Source: a virus
Lineage: Duplodnaviria > Caudoviricetes
IMG/VR virus record: IMGVR_UViG_3300048849_000180
Span: 1-55,816 of that record
Strand: one strand, 5' to 3'
DNA: 55,816 nucleotides
The notes beneath the pieces were generated by a model, which worked only from the letters and a program-made list of their open reading frames with translations, did no database searches and was not told the origin of the DNA. Positions 37,887-46,766 of this stretch are shown here, piece after piece. The position numbers and the translations under genes are program-made. The first letter of the stretch is position 1; each line of letters starts with the position of its first letter.

Positions 37887-38696
37887 TCAGGATAAGATCT
37901 CCTCTTTTTTAACTTGTAAGAGTTGCTTTAGGTCGGCATCTTCCATAATCAAGGTTTGAAAGTAGGCGTACAGGCCAAGGCGTTGTGCATGGATGATGAT
38001 CTTATCTTCCATCTTCTGGCTGTTGTTTAGGGTTCTTCCAATATCGATTCGCTTGAACTTATCCAGCGTATTGGCTTGTTCGGTGGTCAGTTCATTTATG
38101 ACCTCATTGGTGGCTTCAGAGATAAATACCCTCTGCTCTTGCTCTGAATACGAAAAGCACTTGATTCCACGAAGGAAGCGGTAAACGACCGGAGCGATCA
38201 ATGAAATGTCTTTGCGAAGCTTGTAGGTCTCAAAGGCATTTACGGCATTGGAAGCGGCAAGATCAAACCTTTCCTCCTGGGTTGGTTCGGGTTTAACCTC
38301 TTGTGCAGGCTTAGTGAGGTTTATCCTGTCTTCCTCCTTCATGTAGCTTTTGATCCACTCAACGAAGGTGACGAAGCTAAGGCCCATGTAATCGCCATAC
38401 TCTTTTGCAAGCCCCCTGGTGAAGGCGATGCTGATCTCCTCTACTCGCAGGTTGCCAAATCTTGACTTTGCCATCTTCATGGTTTCATCGACGATAACTG
38501 TCAGCTCGATCCCTTCCGGCGCTGCGAACCTGGATATCACGTAACACTTGGAAATGTTCGATTTAAAGATTTCAAAAAGTTCAGGCTCGGAAAGATCTTT
38601 GATCATTTTGCTTGATAGCGCCACTTTTATTTCAGATACCCTTTGTGGAAGACCTGACAGACTGTTTGGCTGCTGGTATAGTTGAATTTCACTCAT
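37887..38696 (-). CDS. Replication-associated protein (helicase-loader position)
   Basis: Coupled to the initiator gene by an ATGA overlap. Confidence 0.6.
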   Translation of the reverse strand: MSEIQLYQQPNSLSGLPQRVSEIKVALSSKMIKDLSEPELFEIFKSNISKCYVISRFAAPEGIELTVIVDETMKMAKSRFGNLRVEEISIAFTRGLAKEYGDYMGLSFVTFVEWIKSYMKEEDRINLTKPAQEVKPEPTQEERFDLAASNAVNAFETYKLRKDISLIAPVVYRFLRGIKCFSYSEQEQRVFISEATNEVINELTTEQANTLDKFKRIDIGRTLNNSQKMEDKIIIHAQRLGLYAYFQTLIMEDADLKQLLQVKKEEILS

Positions 38697-39553
38697 GGTT
38701 TTGGTAGATAAGGGTTGACGACTTCGTTGTATGATTTCTGTAGTTTTTCGAACTTGGATAGTTGAGTATTATGGTGGCCAAGCTTGGATTTTTCAATTTC
38801 AAGTTTTGCCGCCCAGTTTTCTTGGTTCCAGGCTCCATCGGTGAACAGTTTGCTAGCAGATCCGAGGAACTTTGAAAACGAATGAATGAAAGCAGTCCCA
38901 TTGGTTATTTTTTTGTATTCGAAGTAGGCGTCCATTTGATCTTCGAAATATTTCAGTTTGTCTGCTATTGCAATGCATTTGAGAAAATCAGACGTGTCGC
39001 GAAATTTATCAAAGTTGGCCACCTCATTGAAGTTGAAATATCTCATGGTTTTTTCTAGAAGATTTTCATCTACCTGAGGAGTGAGTGAGCCTCCTTCCCT
39101 ATCCCCTTCCATTCCCTGTTCTATTTCCTCTTCCCTTTCCTTTCCCTTCCCTTCCGGCAGTGAGTCCTCAGTGAGTCCTCCATGAGCATTCACTGAATCT
39201 GCATTTAATATGCTTTCAAGTATGTTTTTTGGTATTTTTGAAGGTGTTGGACGATTTATTTTCTGATGGGCTTTAAAAGTTCTAACCAATAAGAACTTCT
39301 CGGAATTATACTCGAATGGAATGAGCATTTTCTTTGAAATAAGAGCTTCAATCCAGGTTCGAACATCAGCAATTGAAAGGTCTTCATCATAGGCAAATAT
39401 CTGCCCTTTGATGAATGCTGGAGTAGCTTTCAATACTCCCTCGTCATCTGCCAAATTCAATAGCCCAAGGAAGAGTAACCGCTCATCACGCTTAAGCTCC
39501 CCGACCTTTTCATCAGTCCAGAATTCAGGTTTAATTGTTCGTATTCTTCCCAT
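38693..39553 (-). CDS. Phage replication initiator
   Basis: MGRIRTIKPEFWTDEK...ADDEG...HQKINRPTPS; central low-complexity linker. Confidence 0.85.
   Translation of the reverse strand: MGRIRTIKPEFWTDEKVGELKRDERLLFLGLLNLADDEGVLKATPAFIKGQIFAYDEDLSIADVRTWIEALISKKMLIPFEYNSEKFLLVRTFKAHQKINRPTPSKIPKNILESILNADSVNAHGGLTEDSLPEGKGKEREEEIEQGMEGDREGGSLTPQVDENLLEKTMRYFNFNEVANFDKFRDTSDFLKCIAIADKLKYFEDQMDAYFEYKKITNGTAFIHSFSKFLGSASKLFTDGAWNQENWAAKLEIEKSKLGHHNTQLSKFEKLQKSYNEVVNPYLPKP
39075..39196. repeat. Putative replication origin (iterons and polypyrimidine tract)
   Basis: CAGTGAGTCCT x2 plus CCATGAGCATT at 11-bp period (39158-39190); GAGTGAGTGAG; C/T-rich tract 39090-39155 inside the initiator gene. Confidence 0.6.
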
Positions 39554-39570
39554 GGGGACTATTGATTAGG

Positions 39571-39675
39571 AAACATTACCCTGCACACCAAAGGTTGGTA
39601 GCTTGGATCGAATGCAGAACGCATAAGATGGTGTACAGGGTAATGTTTGAATGTCTTACGGCTACCAACCGAACC
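39571..39675 (-). ncRNA. Structured RNA leader copy C (AAGACAUUC motif)
   Basis: 20-bp stem 39571-39590/39629-39648 (one G-U pair on the minus strand); loop segment 39593-39602 complementary to 39661-39670; motif at 39649-39657. Confidence 0.75.
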
Positions 39676-39708
39676 GCTAATTTAATTACTTATTTCCAAA
39701 TTATACTT

Positions 39709-39729
39709 AATATGTTTTTATAACATATT
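39709..39729. promoter_or_regulatory. AATATG-N9-CATATT box 6
   Basis: AATATG-tttttataa-CATATT (perfect). Confidence 0.75.
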
Positions 39730-39734
39730 ATTAG

Positions 39735-40237
39735 TCAAAAAGGGGGTATATTCCTGTTCATTTTAGATGGCAAAACTATTGTCACAGCATTGGATCCGGT
39801 GTAAGGTCGATACCGTTTTACGATCTTACACCGGATCCTTTATGCATACCTATTCGGTTGCCAATCTCTTGTAGCGTTAGTCCTTGACTATATAATTCGC
39901 ATATGACGCCATATTTCGGCTGCAGCTTTCGCTTTCTTGGCAACCGATGCTTCAAGAGTCTGTGATTATTGCTGATCTCCATTATCCTTGCTTTGGTCTG
40001 CTCAGGTAGTTTCCCGGTATTAAGGAATAGCACCAATGCCCTGAGCTCAACATTCAGGGTCCTTGCTTTTGAAACCTTATCCTTACGGTGCCGCTTATTT
40101 AGCTTCATCTCTCTCCTTCTTGTTTCGATACCTTTTACTGTCCTTCCCAGATGCCTTGCGATCTCCTGGTCGGTTAAGATGGAATGATTATCAATGATAA
40201 ATTCAATCTCCCTCTGCGAATACTTATTTGCCATCAT
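39735..40237 (-). CDS. Double-HTH protein, probably frameshifted near the C-terminus
   Basis: Two HTH-like segments; the second breaks at GMHKGS, and an alternate frame continues CKIVKRY...VLPSKMN to TGA at 39735. Confidence 0.6.
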
Positions 40238-40252
40238 ACAAACATTTAAGAT

Positions 40253-40483
40253 TTACAAAATTTCAGATGTGAAAGGCCGCAAGTCTCGAGGATTGCAGTA
40301 AAACACCCTCCTCTCGCTATCTCTGACCTTCGCGTTGCCCGTACTATTCTGCAGGCTGATGATCGTTACTTCTTCAGTCATCGACTTGAATACTTCATTG
40401 ACCCGGCACACAGTTGCTGGCGTACCTGTAATGTTTGCCTTGCTTCTACCTGGTATAAGGAAGGCTTTGTCTCCGTTTTTCAT
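40253..40483 (-). CDS. Hypothetical SH3-like protein
   Basis: 76 aa, operonic. Confidence 0.55.
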   Translation of the reverse strand: MKNGDKAFLIPGRSKANITGTPATVCRVNEVFKSMTEEVTIISLQNSTGNAKVRDSERRVFYCNPRDLRPFTSEIL

Positions 40484-40827
40484 ATATGGTTTTTTACTAA
40501 TTTGACTTTACTTCGAAAGGATCTGCTTGTGTCCATGCATTGTTGAAAGGAATCACGAGCATGAATAACTGTTGCATAATGCCTGTTGAATATCTTCCCT
40601 ACTTTCTTGAGTGTTATAGATGTGTTGGTTGATAAAATGAGTGATATCGCAATACATCTTGCCTCGACGATATCGGCTAACCTTGATGAGCTGTATAATT
40701 GTTCCTCAGTCACTTCAAGAGCCTCGCATACGGCTTTGATTATGACTTGGGGTTCGACTTTCTTAATAGACTGCACGATCATATGCTTTTTTCGCTCAGG
40801 CAAACCTGCGAAGATGATTGGATCCAT
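40480..40827 (-). CDS. DnaA C-terminal-like HTH protein
   Basis: SSSRLADIVEARCIA...TLKKVGKIFNRHYATVIHA. Confidence 0.85.
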   Translation of the reverse strand: MDPIIFAGLPERKKHMIVQSIKKVEPQVIIKAVCEALEVTEEQLYSSSRLADIVEARCIAISLILSTNTSITLKKVGKIFNRHYATVIHARDSFQQCMDTSRSFRSKVKLVKNHI

Positions 40828-40866
40828 AATTCTGAGTTTTAGTATTGGAACCTGTTAATTGAGTGA

Positions 40867-42246
40867 TTACTCCCCGAACTTGATCAGCGGCTGAATGGAT
40901 CCGTCTGGATAAACAGTATCCATTGGGGTGTCAGCAGTCGGCTCTTCACCGGTCCACTTGTTTGGCCACAGGTTCTCGGCCCAACACTTTCTTATGAAAG
41001 CCTGCTCTTCGTCGTTCAAAAGGGATATGGTTGGCATACCTAACTTGATAGCCTGTTCATTTATTTCATTTTGAATCTTGATAATTTCATTGAAGGCCCA
41101 TTCCCTGGCGCCCATGGTCAGTGGTCCCATACGTTGCTTGTTTTTTTCGTTAGATTGTTCAAAGCCTGTTTTACGGAGTCGGTTCTGAGCTTTACGTAGC
41201 TCCCGGAATATAGGGCGAAGACGTTTGATCGGCGCCAGATACTTCCATTTCGGCTTTGTCAAGATGTTATCGATGGCTGTATCCTTGTCGGTAAGTGGGC
41301 AGCCGGAACATCCGGTGCGAGCATTTATCTCTTCAGCCTCATCGCCACCGTACACTTCAGCAATTAGCTCTGTTGAGAAGTCCCCATATTTGGGAAGCGG
41401 TGCCCAGTGCTTTAACCATTCCCAAACATGGCATACCCTCCAGTGTAGGATCGGCGCGAGCGTGTCACATAATGATTTTGGCAGCGTCTCCTGGTACCAA
41501 CCCTGGCCACACTCAGCTCCATTCTTACCGCAACTCATAATGATTCGCTGATCACGGATAGCAGACTCACCCTGGCGAACACCAGTTAGCATCAAAACCT
41601 TTTCCCCGAGTTCACCAACAAGATTTTCAAGCGCCTTCTCCATAGGTTCAATCTTGATCCTGGACGTACACCATCTGAAAGTAGCGTTGTTAGGCGGAGG
41701 CACACCACGGCCGAGCATGTAGGTCAGGAATCTGTTTTCAAGCGAGGCCATTACGACTTCCACTTCAAACCCATGCTCAGCGAGCTCTTCCATGATCGTC
41801 TGAGCGGCAACATACAGTGGCAGCATCTCCAACCTGGTATCAGCGTACATGATGTAGATCTTCTTTGGCGGCTCGATCTGTTTTGAGATGATCAAGTAAA
41901 CGATAAGTGTAACCAGGGTGGTGCTATCCTTACCACCTGACCAGGCCATACACCAGTAGTTGTATTTTGGTCCGTATGCCTTTAGCGACTGAATGGTAAG
42001 TTCAATACTTTCATTCATTTGTAAGCGCTTGGTGCCGGCGAACATATTCGATTGTTCGTATTTAACCCTAACCGCCTGAATCTCGGATTTTAAGATCATG
42101 ACTGTCTTATTCTCCCTTTCACGTCCTTTTAAGTCAAATTTCACACGGCAATAGTCCGGGAACACGGAAGAGCAATTCTTCAGGAATTCTCCGGTTCGGC
42201 CTTCATGTTTGCCGGCAACAACTTTGATCTTGTCTCCTGTTTTCAT
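40867..42246 (-). CDS. PAPS-reductase family (DndC-like) protein with an N-terminal KOW-like domain
   Basis: WSGGKDS PP-loop, RWCT..IKI.P, LTGVRQGES, RTGCSGCP; start MKTGDK overlaps the upstream stop (TAATG). Confidence 0.85.
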   Translation of the reverse strand: MKTGDKIKVVAGKHEGRTGEFLKNCSSVFPDYCRVKFDLKGRERENKTVMILKSEIQAVRVKYEQSNMFAGTKRLQMNESIELTIQSLKAYGPKYNYWCMAWSGGKDSTTLVTLIVYLIISKQIEPPKKIYIMYADTRLEMLPLYVAAQTIMEELAEHGFEVEVVMASLENRFLTYMLGRGVPPPNNATFRWCTSRIKIEPMEKALENLVGELGEKVLMLTGVRQGESAIRDQRIIMSCGKNGAECGQGWYQETLPKSLCDTLAPILHWRVCHVWEWLKHWAPLPKYGDFSTELIAEVYGGDEAEEINARTGCSGCPLTDKDTAIDNILTKPKWKYLAPIKRLRPIFRELRKAQNRLRKTGFEQSNEKNKQRMGPLTMGAREWAFNEIIKIQNEINEQAIKLGMPTISLLNDEEQAFIRKCWAENLWPNKWTGEEPTADTPMDTVYPDGSIQPLIKFGE

Positions 42247-43538
42247 TACGCGACCTCCCATTTTTGTGTTTTTCGCCGAGCCGCGATGGCCTGTATGTTC
42301 TTATTGATCAGGTTAGCGATGCGCTTGTTGTATTCCGAAGCCTTGTTCTGCAACCCCCTTGACTGAATGACCTCCATATTCAAAAGAGAAACTTCGACGG
42401 TTTCAACTGACTTACCATCTACCCGAGCAGAAAACACAAGAGAATCTTCCTTTTTGTAATACGAATTGGTAAATACACAGTGCTTATGCGCGTCACCCTC
42501 CTCCATAAATTCCTGAACGGATTCGAGAACCTTTACTGTGAGTTCCCCGTCTGTAAATGCCAGGCCGAAATATGCACCTTTATCTTCCACATACCATTTC
42601 TGGTCGGCTTCGGCCTGCAGGCGCTTATGTTCTAAGTCACATTTCTTCTGGATCTCACGTTTTTTAACGACTAGCTTGTCATGATCATGCTTAAGGTCTT
42701 TAGGGCATACGTACTTGGCGCTGCGCAGATCCTTTCCGAAATAGTGAAGTAGATCAAGGTAATCTAACCAGGTGATCGCATCCTTAACATTGTAGCCCTG
42801 ACGTATGCAGATCTTAACAGACGGCCAGAACCTGTAAACAGCAGATCCTTTGTCGCCTAAGTGAGCTCCTAGCAGGCTCATTTGGCCAGTCTTGAGCAAC
42901 GTTTCGGTTTTAGCATCATGAGGAAGATATTTGAGTAGATCAAACGGCTTTATGTTCTCCAGCTTTGAAGTAAGGCCATTCCGCTTGTATACCGGTAAAA
43001 GCTTCATTTCGGGGTGAACCTTATACACTGATATGTTGTACTTCCAAAGATCCTTTTTATCCTTAAGGGTAATCTCTCCGCCACAGAAATGATCGTACGC
43101 GATCCCCAATCCACCAACCTGAACGCTCATGATCTCAAATTTGCCATCAGGCAAAATCCAATGTTGCATAATTTCCCTGGTAAAGTAGTAAGGCTTTTCT
43201 TTCGCTTTCATCAGACAATTGATATCAAAGAATCGTACCACCTGAAAGTCCTCGACCACATCGAAAACTGCAAACCGAGCCCAGTCACGAGATTTTAGTT
43301 TTCTTGTGGTTGTAAGGTTCAATTTGTATTTACACGCTTCACAAACCTCAGTCTTGATACGCATCGACGTGGTTGGCCACACATGACCACAACTCAAACA
43401 GCTAGTCCACATCTTATTCCTGTAGCCGATATGATCAATGCAATTCTTGAATGCCCATGGCTCCAGCTTTTTCTCTACAGGGGAAAGCGTTTTACTAAGC
43501 GCATCTACCCTGACCTGAAATTTATTCCTTGGTTTCAT
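42246..43538 (-). CDS. PcfJ-like protein
   Basis: N-terminal CxxC pairs; WLDYLDLL...CPKDLK..HD; EEGDAHKHCV; ETVEV...QSRG..N. Confidence 0.85.
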   Translation of the reverse strand: MKPRNKFQVRVDALSKTLSPVEKKLEPWAFKNCIDHIGYRNKMWTSCLSCGHVWPTTSMRIKTEVCEACKYKLNLTTTRKLKSRDWARFAVFDVVEDFQVVRFFDINCLMKAKEKPYYFTREIMQHWILPDGKFEIMSVQVGGLGIAYDHFCGGEITLKDKKDLWKYNISVYKVHPEMKLLPVYKRNGLTSKLENIKPFDLLKYLPHDAKTETLLKTGQMSLLGAHLGDKGSAVYRFWPSVKICIRQGYNVKDAITWLDYLDLLHYFGKDLRSAKYVCPKDLKHDHDKLVVKKREIQKKCDLEHKRLQAEADQKWYVEDKGAYFGLAFTDGELTVKVLESVQEFMEEGDAHKHCVFTNSYYKKEDSLVFSARVDGKSVETVEVSLLNMEVIQSRGLQNKASEYNKRIANLINKNIQAIAARRKTQKWEVA

Positions 43539-43539
43539 A

Positions 43540-43917
43540 TCAAAACAGTGAAATTTGGTTAACGAGATCCCGGTCTACTGCCGCAACCTTCTTGGCTGCT
43601 TTCTTTTGCTCAGCGACAACCTGCGTAGGCGATTGTTTCTTCTCTCCTTTAATGGAATGGTTTACTACGACGGTAGCTTTAACTGGAGCGCCAGGCTGGA
43701 TATCATCTTCATCATAGTAGTGAACAGCCATCCCAAAGATCTCCTCATCAGCGAAGCCGTTGCGCCCGCTCTTCTTTACTTCATTTAGGATATAGGTGAC
43801 ACAATCTTTGAGATTTTTATTTGGCTTTTTTAATGTTGTCGCAAACAGTGGATCGGCTTGCGCCACACTTTGCAGGTGAGCGTCAATGACGCTGGTGAAC
43901 ATGTCTGTAGCTTGCAT
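43540..43917 (-). CDS. PcfK-like protein (AcrIIA9-related family)
   Basis: DPLFA...KPNKNLKDCVTYILNEVKKSG.NGF.DEEIFGMAVHYYDED. Confidence 0.85.
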   Translation of the reverse strand: MQATDMFTSVIDAHLQSVAQADPLFATTLKKPNKNLKDCVTYILNEVKKSGRNGFADEEIFGMAVHYYDEDDIQPGAPVKATVVVNHSIKGEKKQSPTQVVAEQKKAAKKVAAVDRDLVNQISLF

Positions 43918-43937
43918 GGTTGGTTAGTTTTTGTTTG

Positions 43938-45629
43938 TTATTTACTAAAAAGGGTCATCACGCTGTCGATAATAGTCTCCTCTGTTTGATCTTCGGCTCC
44001 AGTGATTGTGTTTGCTATTTCCCGCTTACTGTTGATCAGCTTGTAATTCCACTCGTCGATAGTGTTCTTTCCGAGGAAGTATGTACACATGACGTTTGCA
44101 TGCTGCCCGGTACGATAAAGCCTGTCTTCTGCCTGGTCCATGATCGCAGCGTGCCAGCCAAACTCAATAAAACAGATTTGAGTGGCCACGTTCTGCAGTC
44201 CATTGATTCCGACACCGCCGGCTTTTAGGTTAAGAACTATCACCTGGATCTTTGGATCATTCTGAAAGGCCTCAACTGCAGCTTGCTTTTGTTTTCCATC
44301 TTCTGCGCCGGTGACACGAACAGAGCGAGGGAACTTCTCTTGGACTTTAGCAATTACATCTTTCAGTGACGCAAATACCACGATCTTCTGACCGTTGTCG
44401 ATGATATCCTGGATGAAGGAGAATGCATCTTTGAGTTTCCCCCGGGCGCTGATGTTCTTCAGAATTCCGATACGCACCATCACCTCTCCTTTCATGGACT
44501 TGGCCACCTGTTCATCTGATTGCTTTTTGATGTTGATCATGTAGCTTTCAAGATCAGCCTGTGCATGGCCGTATTCCCGGCGGTGTTCCGGATCAAGCTC
44601 ACACTGGATAACCTGCCGCGCTTTGTCCGGAAGAAACTTCTTGATATCCGGATCCGTTTTGTTCCGGCGGTAAAAGCAGATGAGGTTGAGCTTGTAGTTA
44701 AGCTCTTTCATATTCGATGCCTCTTTTGGCCCCGAACAGTACCGCTTCTCAAAGAACTTGTAACCCCCAAAATCACCCAGGCGGTTGAGAATTCCAAGCT
44801 GAGAAACAAGATCCTTTGGCTTGTTTACGATCGGCGTACCTGTCAGCAGGAAAATGGTTTCCTTGCCAGTGCAGATGCCTTTGGTGAACTTTGTATTCTG
44901 AGAGGTCAAGGCCTTAACTTTGTGACTCTCATCAACGATCACGGCTTTAAAGAAGTCAAGGTATTTCTGCTTGAAATGGATATTGTTGATGCGAAGTTTC
45001 TTTCCGGGCTCAGGTGTATCGATGCGATCTACGAAATACTTTTTAAGGCTCTCGAAGTTGCAGATGAAGTACTGACTCATGCCAACACGAAAGAACTCAG
45101 GGTACGTGTTTTTAACGCTATCCTTTAGAACGATCCCGGTACGTTTCACATTTGCTTTGATCTCGAGTACCCAGTTCTCTTTCACAGCCGACGGGCAAAT
45201 GATCAGACAAGGGTAAGCAGCTTTTCCGACCTGGTGCAAACCTTCCATAGCAATGATAGCTTGGCTGGTCTTACCTAATCCCATATCGTCTCCCATGATC
45301 AGGCGCTGCTTCTCCATGGCATAAGCTACACCACCAGGTTGCCACGGTAACATCGGTCTGTTTGTAGGGATATTGATGGTTAATTCAGGCAGAGGTGGAA
45401 TTACAAAATCTGTTTCAGGCTCAATCCCGTTTTCATCACTAAAGTCCAAGTTGTGCTTTTGAGCAAAGGCTTTGACGGCTGTTTTGTACATGACTGGAAC
45501 GGTCCAGTACTTCTCGGCATAAATAAACTTCCGCTCAGGTAGTTGTTTCACGGCATCGTTAATTGATGGTCTGTAGGAAAACTCTATCTTATAGACTGAT
45601 CCTATTTGCATGATGGTTCCTAAACTCAT
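43938..45629 (-). CDS. SNF2-family (HARP-like) helicase
   Basis: GDDMGLGKT, VDESH, LLTGTP, QAEDRLYRTGQ. Confidence 0.93.
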   Translation of the reverse strand: MSLGTIMQIGSVYKIEFSYRPSINDAVKQLPERKFIYAEKYWTVPVMYKTAVKAFAQKHNLDFSDENGIEPETDFVIPPLPELTINIPTNRPMLPWQPGGVAYAMEKQRLIMGDDMGLGKTSQAIIAMEGLHQVGKAAYPCLIICPSAVKENWVLEIKANVKRTGIVLKDSVKNTYPEFFRVGMSQYFICNFESLKKYFVDRIDTPEPGKKLRINNIHFKQKYLDFFKAVIVDESHKVKALTSQNTKFTKGICTGKETIFLLTGTPIVNKPKDLVSQLGILNRLGDFGGYKFFEKRYCSGPKEASNMKELNYKLNLICFYRRNKTDPDIKKFLPDKARQVIQCELDPEHRREYGHAQADLESYMINIKKQSDEQVAKSMKGEVMVRIGILKNISARGKLKDAFSFIQDIIDNGQKIVVFASLKDVIAKVQEKFPRSVRVTGAEDGKQKQAAVEAFQNDPKIQVIVLNLKAGGVGINGLQNVATQICFIEFGWHAAIMDQAEDRLYRTGQHANVMCTYFLGKNTIDEWNYKLINSKREIANTITGAEDQTEETIIDSVMTLFSK

Positions 45630-45913
45630 GAGTTAAGCCTGTTTTTCAATCTGGTAATGTGAGACTTATATCCGCTTATCTTATGATTCAGATTAGCAAC
45701 TTCGGCCTGTGATTTCTCGAAAGCATCCTTGTAATACTTTAGACTTTTTTCCATCTGGATACGATCTTTCGCGACAGTTTCAACAGCATCAGCGATCCTA
45801 AGCAGCGCACCTGTTTTGATCTGATCTGCGTTTAAAGTTTCTAATTCCGGGTCCAGACTTGTACCCCAATTAGCTTTGCTGGCATCTCTCCAGTTCTTGA
45901 ATACTTTAGGCAT
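45626..45913 (-). CDS. Hypothetical coiled-coil protein
   Basis: Likely start MPKVFK. Confidence 0.6.
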   Translation of the reverse strand: MPKVFKNWRDASKANWGTSLDPELETLNADQIKTGALLRIADAVETVAKDRIQMEKSLKYYKDAFEKSQAEVANLNHKISGYKSHITRLKNRLNS

Positions 45914-46136
45914 TTGGCACCTCCTTTTCTTTAATAGGGTGGCCCGGGCAGCCATTGACTGGATCGAACCCGTCGCAGTTTTCCGACGGAATCAACAAAT
46001 GTCCATTAGTTTTCCTTCTATTTAATTCAATCCTAATAGCCCGCCCATCAGCACAAAACAATCTGCTTAGGTAAGCATCATCTAATTTCAATAAGCCCTC
46101 AATGGAACTTGAAAGGTGATGTTGTGTCTTACCCAT
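45906..46136 (-). CDS. Hypothetical protein with a C-terminal Cys/His motif
   Basis: CDGFDPVNGCPGH. Confidence 0.65.
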   Translation of the reverse strand: MGKTQHHLSSSIEGLLKLDDAYLSRLFCADGRAIRIELNRRKTNGHLLIPSENCDGFDPVNGCPGHPIKEKEVPNA

Positions 46137-46464
46137 TATCAATACTCCTTTCTTCGAAGTACTCGATAATGTCGGGATGAGAATGCGCTTTTTCAGTAGC
46201 AGCCATGTTCTTCAAGAATCGGATGGTTGTAGCTGCAGTATGGATCGCTTTCGTTTTAATTTCTTCGAACGTTCCTTTGCCTTCATCCAGTAAGTTTCCA
46301 GCACGCACCAGCTCTCCGGCTTCTTCAGCTACAAATGCAATTTGCTTTACATGACAGCCTGGCCACACTGGGTGCTTCTTTTCTGCACGCTCCACCTCCA
46401 TTAAGATCGAGATGATAATGGCTGCAGTTTCCGGTGATTCGGATTTTATTTTAAGTTCAGTCAT
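46129..46464 (-). CDS. MazG-like nucleotide pyrophosphatase-fold protein
   Basis: VAEEAGELVRA...EIKTKAIHTAAT..RF. Confidence 0.55.
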   Translation of the reverse strand: MTELKIKSESPETAAIIISILMEVERAEKKHPVWPGCHVKQIAFVAEEAGELVRAGNLLDEGKGTFEEIKTKAIHTAATTIRFLKNMAATEKAHSHPDIIEYFEERSIDNG

Positions 46465-46740
46465 TTAGATAAGTTTTAATTGGTTAGGATCATTTTCCGG
46501 CGGCCATGTTGAAATATCATCGATATCCACGGGCTTCGGTGAGTATTTGATGACTGTTGGTTCATATGTCTCAAAATCGTATTCTACAAGCACCTTGCAT
46601 TCAACAGAGAACTCACATCCACATTGACATTCCACAGTAACTTCCTTGATATCACCATCATCAGGACTGTAGAAGTCGAAATCTACATCATGAAACTAGC
46701 CGCATTCAGGGCATTTATATTCTTCTGTCCAAGATTCCAT
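46465..46740 (-). pseudogene. Zinc-ribbon protein with an in-frame TAG at codon 15
   Basis: MESWTEEYKCPECG*FHDVDF...VECQCGCEF...DPNQLKLI; TAG at 46696-46698; stop abuts the next ATG. Confidence 0.7.
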
Positions 46741-46766
46741 TTGGTTTTACAATTAGGAATATGCGT

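Noticed and set aside
31205-39675. RNA leaders as HDV-like/theta ribozymes
   Set aside because: The P1/P2 crossing is superficially similar, but P3/L3, P1.1 and the catalytic J4/2 cytosine context are not consistently present.
12208-46698. Genome-wide TAG reassignment (genetic code 15)
   Set aside because: Only two internal TAGs were found, many genes end normally in TAG, no suppressor tRNA is visible, and a TGA and a frameshift lesion also occur. Decay is more parsimonious.
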